Part shown: positions 49,180-61,599 of the stretch, piece by piece
How positions within the stretch are numbered: the stretch's first letter is position 1
How the letters are laid out: every line of letters starts with the position of its first letter
From: Callorhinchus milii
Lineage: Eukaryota
Direction: 5' to 3'
Assembly (NCBI RefSeq): GCF_018977255.1
Contig: NW_024704743.1
Span: forward strand, 105,154,001-105,218,000
DNA length: 64,000 nucleotides
The notes under the pieces: model-generated
The model's database searches: none
Told to the model about the DNA's origin: nothing
What the model saw: only the letters and a program-made list of their open reading frames with translations
Made by a program: the position numbers and the translations under genes

Positions 49180-49570
49180 ATAACAATAATAATCCTTATA
49201 TTTGATATAGTGCTTTTCATATCATGGAAATGCCTTAAAGTATTTCAAAGGATTTTACTGTAAAGTGTAGTGACTGTATATGTGCCTTCAACAATGTCTC
49301 ACAAACAGCCATTGAGTGAATGGCCAATTGTACCTGGGGATTGTGGGCCAGGACATCAAGTGAAACTCCCCTTTTCGAATATTAGGATTTTTAACGTACA
49401 CCTGAACAGGCAGACTGGACTTTGGTTTAACATTTCATCCGAGGGACAGCACCTCTGAGAATCCAGCTCTGTCCCAGCATTGCACTAAAGCATCAGACTA
49501 GACTGTAATCTCAACATGGGACCGTAACCTTCTGATTCAGAAGCCATTCAACTGAACCAGGCTGATGTCT
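49180..49570 (-). mobile_element. Older Deu-domain SINE
   Basis: aataatccttatatttgatatag...ggtttaacatttcatccgagggacagcacctc. Confidence 0.78.
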
Positions 49571-49799
49571 ATTCAAATCCTTTTTCAATCCCATTTAAAA
49601 TTGTATACACCTCTGTGAGGTCCCCTCCAAGTCATTTTGTCTCAGACTTTAATTTGTCTAATCATTGCTCATTCCTCTAACACTGGATTATCCTTGTTGG
49701 GGTCCTCTGCACTGCCTTTAATGCCTGGGCAGCCCCATTATGTTTCGGTGACTAAAACTGTGTGCATCACTCAAGGTGTGACCCTTACAATTCTGCCTA

Positions 49800-50070
49800 G
49801 GAGAATAAAAGGAGAACTTTGAAAGAATGTTTCTCTCAAAGGGTTTTCAGAGCATCAACAGATTTGCAAGGGTAGCTGTTAAAGCAGTTGGTTTGAGGCA
49901 TTTTTAAAAAGGAATTGAAAATCCACATGAAAAGGAAGGGTACCACATAGTATGGGGAAAGAGCAAGGAATCTGGTTTAGGATGAATGGCTTCTTGGAGG
50001 AGAAAACACTGACCCAAAAAGTAGACAAATGTTCTACTGTATCCTACAATCCTGTGGTTTGATGGTTCTA
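49800..50070 (+). mobile_element. Old CR1 3' end
   Basis: ttctctcaaagggtt...aagggtagctgt...tatggggaaagagcaagg. Confidence 0.55.
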
Positions 50071-50969
50071 TCCACACACATGCAATTCAAGCAAAGATGC
50101 ATTAAGATGTTCAAACGCAAGGATTATTAAGAGTCATCAGGAGCAGGATCCTGACTGATTTTGCCTCTCCCTATCCCAGGAGCACTAAGATTGATTATGG
50201 CACCTCTTTTACTGCCCAAGTTAACTCGGAAAAGACTAAAGATTCAATTTCACTCAATATCAGAAACTAAGAGTGAAACTCACTTTGTGGTCCACTGACC
50301 TGATATATTGGAGAAAATACACAGAAACACGTGTGTTCAATCCTTAGACGATCTCCAGATTATGAAGTTTAAGAAATTGAACAAGTTCCAAACTACCCAG
50401 TAAAACTTAAAGCACATCCAGGTTTCCAGAATATCGCATGCTATATAACTCTGTTTTGTAGAGGAGAAATTGTGTTGAAGACAAACTCCATTATCTTCTG
50501 TAAAAGTGCTATATATTTATTTGGAATCCTTTTCAAAAGTGATGTAACTGATACAGAATGCTATATGGATAATAGAGTGAACTTTGCGGTCTAGATTTGA
50601 ATATTTTACATTGAATGGGTCAGAGGCAAACCACTTGCTTAAAATAATTATTTATTTATTTTTTATTACTTTTTCTCCCCCCATAATCAGCATGCCACAT
50701 GGCTAACTGAGATCCTATGAGGGATGCAGTGACCTTCTGCAATAGAGAATGTTATCAATCAATGAAGATATAAACAGTAGCACTTGTGAAGGATTGAAAG
50801 CATTGAATGAATTGAAAGATTCTCCAGATGGCAGGTAGCATTTAATGGATGATTATTTCAACTGAATATAAGGTCTAACATTGTGAATCAATAAAATTGA
50901 AAAATTTTACAAATGTCTAGTGATTTTTGCAAAATGTTTAAGAGGAAATTTTTTTGCATAACAAAATTG

Positions 50970-51539
50970 ATCATGCCTTCGTCACCTCCAGGCTCGACTA
51001 TGCAAACACCCTGCTTTTCGGCCTTCCTAAATCCTCCCTCCACAAGCTGCAGGTAATCCAGAACTCTGCAGCCCGTGTCCTCTTCCGCACCAAACTCCGT
51101 GACCTCATCTCCCCCACTCTCGCCCGACTCCATTGGTTCTCTATCCTTCAGAGGATCCCGTTCAAGATCCTGGTCCTCACATACAAAGCCCTCCATGGCC
51201 TCACCCCACCCTACCTCTGTGACCTCCTACCCGCCTACCAACCGGCCTGTTCCCTCCGCTCAGCTGGCTCTGGCCTGCTCCATGTCCCCCAACACACCCG
51301 CCCCACCGCCACTCTGCCCCCAACCTCTGGAATTCCATCTCCCAGTCACTCCGCCTTGCCCCTTCCTTCAAGTCCTGCCTCAAGACCCTCCACTTCGTCC
51401 ACGCCATCGGACACCCCCTTCCCCTCCCCTCCCTTCTCCCCCCCTGACCCCAGCTCGGGTCTGAAATGCTGTCCAGCATCTTGGGATGTCCTCCCGACGT
51501 GAAAGGTGCTATACAAATGTAATCTTGTTGTTGTTGTTG
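50970..51539 (+). mobile_element. L2 subfamily A 3' fragment with tail
   Basis: HAFVTSRLDYAN, LQVIQNSAAR; (TTG)n. Confidence 0.93.
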
Positions 51540-51611
51540 ATATACTGTTGGTTTAGACATTTGTCATGTATGTATAAAAAAAGGAAAATAAGCATAGACA
51601 AAATAACAGAA

Positions 51612-51955
51612 ACAACAACTTGCATTTATAAGTGTCACTTACGCAGGGTAGAGTCCCAGATTGCTTGACACTGGTGGAGCACAAGGCCGAGCCGGGGATG
51701 GGGAGGTGACCATAAACACAATCGAACAAGGTCTTCAGGCGGGACCTGAAGATGGGGAAGGAAGGGACAAGACAGAGGGATAGAGGACAAGTGTTTCAGA
51801 GTTTCAGGGCATAGTGGTTGAAAGCGCGGCCACCAATAATCGAATGTAGTGCACGAGGGACGTGCAGGAGGCTGAAAGCAGACGAGCGGAGGGAGCGAGT
51901 TGTGGGTTGAAGAGTAAGTAGGTTGAAAAAGTAGGGAGGTACCAGGGCATGAAAT
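51612..51955 (-). mobile_element. L2 subfamily C 3' end
   Basis: acaacaacttgcatttata...acgcagggta tail followed by L2 C-terminal sequence. Confidence 0.78.
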
Positions 51956-52454
51956 AACACATTGACAGATATATTTACAGTATGTTATCCACCATTAAAC
52001 ACTATGTGCAGGTACAGGGCCCTGCAGACTTCAACATTTGCTCCTTTCCTCAGTACTGTGCAGTACATTATGCAGTGAACCCTCCCTGAAAGCTATATTA
52101 ACCACTGGGCATGTCACTGCACTTATGCGTGGCTGAGAGGATGATGACAATGGTTGAGGTAGCGCTGAGTTCTGGAACAAGGATCGTCCTTTCCTTGATG
52201 TTTCGTGCTGTTGAGGATGCGCTGCTGATGCTTGAGGGTGGCATTGCTGAATAGCTGCACAGTAAAATATAGCTGTTAATCACATCATGTTTTTTGAAAA
52301 AGTCCAACAGCAACCATATACTTCTGTTGTAGAGAAAGCACAACTGAAACTCAGATTAGCCATTCATCATTTATGTTGCAGTATTTATATACACCAATCA
52401 TAGTGTGTGCGAACCTTATCGTGACATGACATATTTTCAATAGAGCCTCAAGCC

Positions 52455-52962
52455 ATAGAACATAAGTACATAAGAATAAAGAGCAGGAGTAGGCCATTCA
52501 GCCCTTCGTGCCTGCTCCGTCATTCAATAAGATCATGGCTGATCTTCTCACCTACTCTGATTACCTGCCCTATTCCCATATCCCCTAATCCTCTATTTTT
52601 CAAGAATCTATCAGTCTCAGCCTTGAAAATGTTCAAGGACTGAGCATCTACAGCCTTCTGGGGTAGTGAATTCCATAAGTTCACTACCCTCTGAGTGAAA
52701 AAATGTTTCCTCAACTCTGTTCTAAGAGGCTGACCCTTAATTTTAAGACTGTGACCCCTGGTTATAGATTCTCCTACCAGGGGAAACAGACCCTCAGTGT
52801 CTACTTTATCCAGCCCTTTAAGAATCTTATAAGTTTCTAAAAGATCCCCCCCTAATTCTTCTGTACTCTAGAGAATACAGCCCTAGTTTATTCAGCCTAT
52901 CCTCATAGGTCAGTCCCCTCATCCCAGGAACTAACCGAGTGAATCTACGCTGCACCCCCTCA
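52455..52962 (-). mobile_element. CR1 3' fragment, same family as 22166-23683
   Basis: RKHFFTQRVVNLWNSLPQKAV; catagaacataag tail. Confidence 0.93.
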
Positions 52963-53160
52963 ATAGACATCCACCATGGGATTCTTATGGAGAGTCAAGT
53001 GTTTTACATCAGAAGATTCCCCTCCTGACCTCTTTTGTGTATTGTAGTACAAAATGTTTGCCTGAGGATTTAGAAAATGTATAAAAGTTTGGAAGCTTTT
53101 AAGTTACATTCAATCTATTAAATGCTTGAAACATAAAAATTACAGTAGTTCAGCCAACAT

Positions 53161-53334
53161 CAATGGTGGCCAACCTTTTATGTCACATAATAAACATTGC
53201 CATTCATTAATTACTGGAAACAAAACATTGATTTAAAATAGACTCTTCTTGACTAGTGCAAATGTTCGTCTGGGGCACTTCTTGATGGCCCCCAGGTCAC
53301 TTCCGGCCCACGGGCCGTGGGTTGGCCACTGCTG
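53161..53334. mobile_element. Non-autonomous hAT (Charlie-like) DNA transposon / MITE
   Basis: TIRs CAATGGTGGCCAACC and GGTTGGCCACTGCTG, subterminal ggcccacgggcc, decayed 8-bp TSD gccaacat / gtctacat. Confidence 0.8.
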
Positions 53335-53769
53335 GTCTACATTATTTAATATCAATATAACTTTTCATAAAATTAATGATTACAGTTAAATCTCCTCAAG
53401 TATAGAACAGAAAAATAATAATTATCCTTAAATTTGGTATAGTGCCTAAGTGCCCGAACAACTATAAAGTTGTTCTAAACTAAATGCCAGTGAGATTAAA
53501 GGTGATATCTTGTTAAATGGTTCTAAAATTAATATCTGAAAATATAAATAAACATCATACATAACTTTAGAGAAATCAATTGTTAATTGGGACTAAATCC
53601 TGGATATATATTGAGTCAAATGAAATTTCAGCCATCTGGCACAAGATGCATCCAGATTCTGCCTTTAAGGATTCCCACTTAAAATCTGTTCTATTTTTCA
53701 ATAATCTTGCTAAAAGTAACAAGTCAATAAATGAACTGCAACCAACCTTTCCCAATCTTTACCCAATAT

Positions 53770-54265
53770 CAGCCCGTTCAGTTGGTATCACTCTCGCCTC
53801 AGTCTCAGGTTGTTGTGGGTTCAAGCTTTCCATTTAGATTTTAAACTCATAGTTTAGGGTTGATGTTTTAGTGCAGTCCTTGGCGGAGCACTGGATTGTC
53901 AGAGCTGTTATCCTTTGGATGATGCATTAAATTGAAGTCCTGTACGTTCAAATAGACAACAACAACTTGGATTTATATAGCGCCCTCCACGCCAGACGGC
54001 GTCTCAGTTATAATATTCGTTTCAGATCCTATCACACTATTTGAAAAGAAAAGGACAGTTCTCCTATTCTCCCAGCAAACAACCCCCCAGATGAAAATCG
54101 GTTGTGGTTTCTTCTGGGATATTGTCGTGCAAACATTGATTAGCATATCTCTCTTCAAATACAGATTGTGCAAAATGCAGTAAAGTCTGTTCACCACTTG
54201 GAGGCAATTTGATAAAATAAGGTGGCTTATGAAATGCAAGGCTCTTTATGATTATTATTATTACT
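53770..54265 (+). mobile_element. Older Deu-domain SINE with an L2-B tail (53956-54008, minus) inserted
   Basis: tRNA-like head, cctttggatgatgcattaaa; insert matches 35941-35995. Confidence 0.78.
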
Positions 54266-55212
54266 GCTACAAAACAGTAAAACACCAGGTATTTACATGA
54301 CAATTATCTGCATGTCCATTTAGCTGTATCGGGTTCTGAAGGGGTATTTGACATGGGCTACTAGATGCCAGCAAAAAAAATCTGATACGCAGAAGCAAAA
54401 TTGGGCACATGTGCACAAGGTAGCTAAGGACATTTTGACCCTGGTTACATTACAATTCTAGCAACCTCACTTGCACGCACACAATTTCACATGTACACAC
54501 TAAAGGGATTTTTTTGCCAGTAGCAAAAGTAAGGCCTTTTATTTTTAAAGTTTAGGGTTAGAGATAAAGATATTGTAAAGAAGGATAAAAAGTTGAGAGA
54601 GAAATTCAGAGAGAAAAACACAGTGACTCAGCAAGAGAGAGAAAAAGGCAGAATTCAAGAGAAAAAAGTATCTGTGAGAATGAGAATGAGAGAGAAAATG
54701 GCAAAGGAAAATGCAGCACATTGAAAAAATAGCAGTGTGCTATTAACGTAATAGAAAAACTCCTGATGGAACAATTTTTAGTTGGTGCTATAACAATTTA
54801 TATTTTGCATGAGGTCCAATTATCCACACTGTTTGCTTATCTGCCAAGGGGCCAGTCCCATTTAATGCAGATACAGTGAAACATTCTCTTCAATTGCCAC
54901 AGACAAAGAGATTACTTTGTATTACTCAAAACTGTGGTGTCCTGTGGCAAGATCCATGACAAGGACAACAATTAACACACATTTTTAAGTTTGATAACGT
55001 CTCATTCAATAAAAGGTGACTTCAAAAATAATATGCTTTGTCTTCACGTATGACTAGACATTCAACCACAGGAATTTTGAGGGTGTTCTTATCTTCTTTA
55101 AGGGTTTAGTTGGATTAGGATTGAATGAAGCAGTGGACTGGAACACTGAGAGTAAAATTATACATGGAGCAAAACAAATTGCAAAATACAGTCCAATAAT
55201 CGTAATACTTAC

Positions 55213-55236
55213 CACAAACTCTGTTGCTTGGTTAGG
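55213..55236 (-). CDS. Candidate 24-nt microexon (PNQATEFV in phase 0, or LTKQQSL in phase 2)
   Basis: Acceptor gtttttttttgcatttctttttcacaag, donor GTG|GTAAGT, frame-preserving length, non-repeat context. Confidence 0.5.
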
Positions 55237-55462
55237 CTTGTGAAAAAGAAATGCAAAAAAAAACGTTTTGCAAGATTCAAATCTTAGTAATTCACGCAAG
55301 ATTTAAGTGAAAGTGCTAAGTGGAAAAATAGAATCCATTCTGCTTCTATGAACAAAGTTGTGTTTCTGTGAATGAATATTGACATTTCACTATTAGTAAC
55401 ATATGGCACCATATCCAACCATCTATTGTACACTTGCTTCTTAATATTCACCATATCAATTT

Positions 55463-56210
55463 CAGGGGTGAGGTAGTGGCGGAGTTGGACAATGTTACGG
55501 AGGTGATGGAAGGCAGAGCGGGTCACGGCTTGAATGTGGGGGAGAAAAGACAGTTGAGAGTTGAACAAGATACCTAGGTTCCTGACTGGCTTGGTCAGTT
55601 GTAGTGTGCAACCATGGAATTGATGTTGCCAGAGCCTGAGGTGCAGAGGCGCTGGCGCGAGCCAATCAGGAGGGCCTCAGTCTTATTCACATTTAACTGT
55701 AGGAAATTTGCCCTCATCCAGGACTTGATGTCCGACAGGCAGTCTGTCAGGACAGCAGTGGTCCTGGAGTTGAGGATGGAGGTAGAAAGATAGAGTTGGG
55801 TGTCATCCGCATACATGTGGAAGTTGACCCCATGTCTGCAGATGATGTCACCAAGGGGGAGCATGTAGATATTAAAGAGGAGAGGGCCAAGGACAGAGCC
55901 CTGGGGGACGCCAGACGTGACAGTGCGGGGGCTGGAGGAGAAACCGTTAGAGGCAACAAAGTGGAGACGTTGAGAGAGATAGGAATCGAACCAGGCAAGG
56001 GCAGATGCGTGAAGATTGAGTAAAGCGGAGGGGCAGTGTATGAGGATGGAGTGGTCGACAGTGTCAGAGGTTGAGGAGGACAAGGAGGCAGAGGGAGCCC
56101 TGATCACAGATGTTCAGAATATCATTAGTGACTTTGACCAGGGCTGTTTCCATGCTGTGGGCAGCAAGGAAGCCGGATTGGAGGGTTTCACAGAGGGAAT
56201 GGTGAGAGAG
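55463..56210 (-). mobile_element. L2 subfamily A RT fragment
   Basis: [33 protein letters not shown]. Confidence 0.95.
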
Positions 56211-56214
56211 AATG

Positions 56215-56475
56215 GTACTCCTGATGACAGCACATGCCAGCCTGGCTCATTGGCAAGACTTAGAAGGGCAGATCAGTCACTGGGGGCAGGTTCACTTCCC
56301 ACTCAGCTCCTATTAATCCTGCAAGTTCTAACAAGTTGGGTGGCCTTAGCTGAAAGGCAGCAGTAAAGCTTGCCAGACCGTGCTTTTAATGACGAGCTGT
56401 GCAGTTTTAGCTGGTTAGACTCCAGCAGTAGCCCAACGCACACTCTGGGCTTCCCAAGGCTTACTCTTGCCAACC
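56215..56475 (-). repeat. Unclassified interspersed repeat, copy 3
   Basis: gccagcctggct, cccactcagctcct, aagcttgccagac, gactccagcagta, ttgccaacc blocks shared with other copies. Confidence 0.75.
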
Positions 56476-57371
56476 TTTGCCTGATACTTTCTGGAATTAG
56501 CAAGATGTGTTCCGCTAGGGAGAAAAAGTGCACTCCATTCTAATAAACATTTTTGTAATTTCTTTGTATAGATGGGATGCATGGAAGTCTCTGACCAAAA
56601 AATACTCCAGAAAATATCATTGATTATTACTATAATTTATTCAATCAAACTGCATTGTAGTATTCCAGTCTTTTGCATTATTTTCAGTATTTGCAATCTT
56701 TTACATAAATGCCAGTACAAATCATACTAATGATTTCCAACCAAAACATGGTGCATTTTGTGCCTAGATTTTCAATGTGCAGTATTTGGGGCAAAGCTTC
56801 AGACCATATGCAACAAACTTTTTTTTATTATTATTTGTAAGGGAATCTGTTCATCTTACTGCTCCCTATGAAAGCTGCATTACATATCTTGCATTCAAAG
56901 TCATTGCAAACAATGGAAATTAGCCCAAGCATAAATGGTAGAGGTACAATACAATGACATTATCACCATAGAATGATCAGCAAGTCAGATTGGTCAATTT
57001 CAGAAGCTTTGAGAGAAGTCTAATAAATCAGATGAAATAAAGAAATCAATGTGAACAGTTTTATGCCCTCAGTTGATGTCATGAACACATGCACCTCAAA
57101 GTAAGGCAAGCTATTGTTACAAGTGTGGACACAGAGGAAGGGGATTGCTGAAGAGAGAATACAATTTCATCCTGTGAACATTTGCTATGGGAACTAGGGT
57201 GCCTTCTATTCAGCTTGCGTCCAGAAGCTTTGAGTATCACAAACTGAGGATCATGTAATGAGGATCCTTTCATGACATGAGAAGGAATAGAACGTTGACT
57301 CTTATCATGTTCAAAAGTTTCATCCTTCTTAACTTCCTTCCTGCTACTTAGATTGACATTTAGAGTGATGT

Positions 57372-57667
57372 GGAGTCCTGTACCTCAGTGGTTAGAGCAC
57401 TCGCTTTGCAAGCAAGCGACCGGGATTCAATTCACGGCAGGATGAAATCTTGGGCAAGTTTCCTTACTCCACACGCTTGATAATAATCCCTCAAAAAAAA
57501 ATTGGTCATTTCAATCCACGACTGTTTGTGGGACACTGTTGTGTGCAATTGGCTGCCGCATTTCGTCCACAAATATACAGTCAATTCAGTCTATTATGTG
57601 AATTGCTTTGAGATGTCTAGAAGACTTGAAAAGCACGATATCAAATACAAGGATTATTATTATTATT
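57372..57667 (+). mobile_element. Full-length young tRNA-Ala SINE
   Basis: Head, core and tail as in other copies. Confidence 0.93.
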
Positions 57668-58644
57668 TCTTTGTGTTAAAAAAAAATGGGACTTTACCAG
57701 TCTTGTAGCACTTGTGACTGGTCTATAATAATAATCTTTTTATTTGATATAGCGCCTTATCACGTCTTTGAGACATCTCAAAGCTCTACAATCTCATTTC
57801 TAGCATTTTATCAGAAGGGAGAGCATATAATGGGGATTCATACTTATTACTTTACACAACTCGGCTTTTCCATAGCTTTCAGAATATCTCAACATTGCAT
57901 GTCAATATATACAAATATTTCAATAAATAATTGATTTATTTCAATTCTATGCTATGATCTTATAAATTAAAAATATGTTTGTTTAACACAACAAATGGAA
58001 TGTTCTCACATACATATGAAAATAAAAATCATTCAGCAATTAAAAACAAACAATGCTGTAAACCAAAACAATATTAACTGTAGTTCAAATCCATCTTGGG
58101 GAAATTTTCAAGGCACTTTCTAGGCAAATCATGTTTCCATCTTCAGCCAAATGACTCTGCAATAAAAATAGCCAGTAATTTAGAAACTAAATAATAATAT
58201 AGCATCTTACCATGTCATTAAAACCTTTCAAAGCACTTCAGAGTTTTTTACTCTAAAATGTAGTGACTGTGTATTTGTAAGTGAACAGCTACAAATAAGT
58301 TGATTCCTAGTTAAAGTAAAATTTCCTATTATTTAAACAACTTTCAAACGTATTAAAATTCTACATGGATTTATTGGATTTTTTCCCCCTAACATTGGGA
58401 TCTAAAACAACAACTGTTTTAGCAAGTGTCAATAAGTATTAATGAATTAAATTAATAATAATCCTTGCATTTGATATAATGCCTTTTGTGCTACAACGAT
58501 GCCTCAACTTAAACCAATAATGTATTGTGCAGTGATCCCATTATAAGCACATACAGCAAAAATGAAACTTTTAATACCGAGTAATAATTGCACATCTGGT
58601 CAGAGTTAAACACATCATTGATAAATTCACATACGTGCACTTAC

Positions 58645-58720
58645 ATGAAAAACATTTACTGTTGTCTACATGATGGACTCAAGGATAATTGTTTTAGCAA
58701 TCTTGCACATCGTCTATAAA
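58645..58720 (-). other. Candidate 76-nt exon, stop codons in all frames (UTR or non-coding)
   Basis: Acceptor cctttctgtcttctttctgtttcag, donor CAT|GTAAGT. Confidence 0.3.
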
Positions 58721-59699
58721 CTGAAACAGAAAGAAGACAGAAAGGATTACCACCAATTGTTATAATCTGACAATTTGGTATTAAGAAAACAATTATATCT
58801 CTGAAGAGCTTTATTTCAACATCTGGTATTATACCTGAAGACTCTTGACAAATATTCAGTGCAAAACTGGATATGTACCAAGTGAATAATCTCAGAAGCA
58901 TTTGGATCAGAGCCTCAAAATTTCACATATTCTTAAGATCATTATCAAAATTTAAGATAGTGTGGAATTTTGGAGAACAGGATTAAATTCAGTCTCAATT
59001 TGGGGACAAGAAACATCAGTGGGTCGAAATTCTGGTATACAAAATTAGAAAGAGTTAATGTCAGCTGAGTTGCACTAGTTCGGGTGTGCTCAGATATTGT
59101 GAGGGATGCACATATCTTCCCTATCACTGTCCAGCAAGTGAGAAGCAGCATAGCTAATTACTGCCTGGCAAACAATCTCACACTATTGTCCTGCAAAGCC
59201 AGTCCCCTGGTTCTCTGACAGGGGAGTTAAGGAACTGAACAAGGCCACAAAACAGCACCTAGCAACCACAAAGTGGATGCAATTTCCCAAGCCTGTGGCA
59301 TAGAGTGGTACACCCCATCCCCATCCAGGAACCAACATTTTATGAGCTGATGGACATGCACTGTTCAATTTTCCTGCTGTCAGGTCACACTTACTTATGT
59401 TGTGTCATGCAGTACCTCTGAATAGAAGGTGAAACTCCAAAAGCATTATGTGTAATTTCATACTGGTGAATAAAAGTGTATTACACATTGTGTCAGAGGT
59501 TAGTAGCTTCTAACCATCAAATCTTATGGCCCTGTACTTTCTTGAAAACAATAGAAAGAGAAAAACATTGGAAGACTGACAGAGAACAAAATCACAAGTT
59601 TGGTCCAAATGAAGAAGGTCCTTCAAACCATCTGAGCTCCCTCCAGAATAACAATAACAACAACTTGCATTTATATAGTGGCCTTCACGTGGGGTAGCA

Positions 59700-60290
59700 T
59701 CTCAGAGCATTTGATGCCATCTCCTATCAAAGCATCAAGCTGTTTTTAAATGGCTCTAGTATTCTGGCCTCAACAACAAATTCCATTTGTATTGCGTCTT
59801 TCAAATGGGGAGGACTTCCCAAGGCACTGGTGCTCAACAATCCTACCTGGCACTTGTTCCAGTTATTAATTACTTTTTGGGTAAAGAAAAGGTTACTGCT
59901 GTTCTTGTTCTACTGCCTCAGTGGATTCTTGAGTATGATATCTGGGTACCTGATCTAAATTGAGGGAGCTTGGTTAAAATATATGCAAGGAACAGTCGGG
60001 GTCCCATACAGACCCCTGAGGCACCCCACTTAATACCGTCTCCTATTTTATCCAAGCTCCCTTAGCAAACAAGGTCAGGCAAGACCTACTCTGTCTGAAC
60101 CTGTGATGGTTATCATTTATTAGATTATATTTTATACAAATAATGTTCTACTTCCTTTCTAATGATTGACTCCGTAAGTTTTCCATTTACGGAGGTCAAG
60201 CTCATGGAATTATAGTTGGCAGGACTATTTCTGTCACTTCTTGTGAATATGGGAACATTTACTTGCCTCCAATATTAAAAGAATTTTGGT
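59700..60290 (-). mobile_element. Old CR1 remnants mixed with L2 tails
   Basis: gaggtcaagctcatggaattatagttggc resembles the reverse complement of NYRPVSLTS; short (CAA)n tails nearby. Confidence 0.5.
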
Positions 60291-61239
60291 GTCATGTTCT
60301 GCATTTGCTGCTCTGCCCTGTTCCAATTCTCTCTTAGCGCTCCTCTTTTTTTTACTTCCTTCTGCACAGTCTTGCATTTAATGTACATTATATATACAAA
60401 TCTCTTCCTTCTAGGAAGTGCAGGGAAATTAAGATACTTTAAAATTATGTTATATTTTAATAATGTAAGCATATTCACACTAAATAATGCCAATAAAACC
60501 AGACCTTTGTACCTAAAAGGATACCAAGTGATAATGTTATACAAATAGAAACAGATATAAATATTCCCCAATAAGTGACCACAAGCATTTGAACAATGGA
60601 AATAATAGCATGCTTATAACAATCGATGTAACCAACATTTTAATAGGAGACTGTTAAATTACAGCATTTCTTTGAAGGTTTAGGTCCATTTTTCTCTAAC
60701 AAATGTTGATAAATGCTAGTAGGCGAAGCTTCTTTTCTACAGGATTCATAAAGAAATGTTCAAGTCTCTCTGCAGTACTTGTAGCAATCTATCTCTTCCC
60801 CCTCTTCAGCTTCCCTGTTTTCTAGCTACCAGTCAGCAATGTAAACAGCCTCAAGGCATCCACCTCACTGCTAGATCACAGAAGTAGTTAGCTTGTGAGA
60901 GTGATTACTTGACAGCATAATGCTCAAGAAACACAAGTACTTTACAACTCGAGCTGATGATCCTTGAATTTTTATAAAGCACCTATAATTCTGAATCTTC
61001 TCAAAGTGCTTCAAAGAGAATTATTGCCAAATGTAATGACAACAATTCTGTGTGATAACATACAATTGCCTCAAAAGGTCCCATAACAGCCATGAACTAA
61101 ATGGATAATTTACCTAGTGGTTGTAACCAACTGAGTAGATTTGACACCCTTAAATTATAGGTTATTAAATAACATTAAATTAAGTTGTAGTTTTTACGGC
61201 AAACTTATGTTTGTGGTGATTCACCACAGAATGAATTAA

Positions 61240-61519
61240 TAATAATAATAATATAATAATCCTTGCATTTGATATAGCGCTTTTCACGTCGGGAGGACGT
61301 CCCAAAGCGCTTCACAGAACACACTGTAAAGTGAATTGACTGTATATTTGTGGGCGAACGCGGCAGCCAATTGCGCACAGCAATGTCCCACAAACAATCG
61401 TAGATTGAAAATGACCAATTTATTATTGTTTTTGGTTTTTGGAGGGATTATTATTAGGTGTGTGGAGCAAGGAAACTTGCCCAAGGTTTCGCCCTGCCTG
61501 GAATTGAACTCAGGTCTCT
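61240..61519 (-). mobile_element. Young SINE, 5'-truncated, carrying the L2-A loop (CTCCC)
   Basis: SINE body and (ATT)n tail, but acgtc-gggag-gacgt at 61286-61300. Confidence 0.93.
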
Positions 61520-61599
61520 AATACTATTATTGTCCTTATTATTTGGCTCAAATTATATAGCCTGAGCAGTGAAAATAAAATACAAGACCCTCATTAAGA

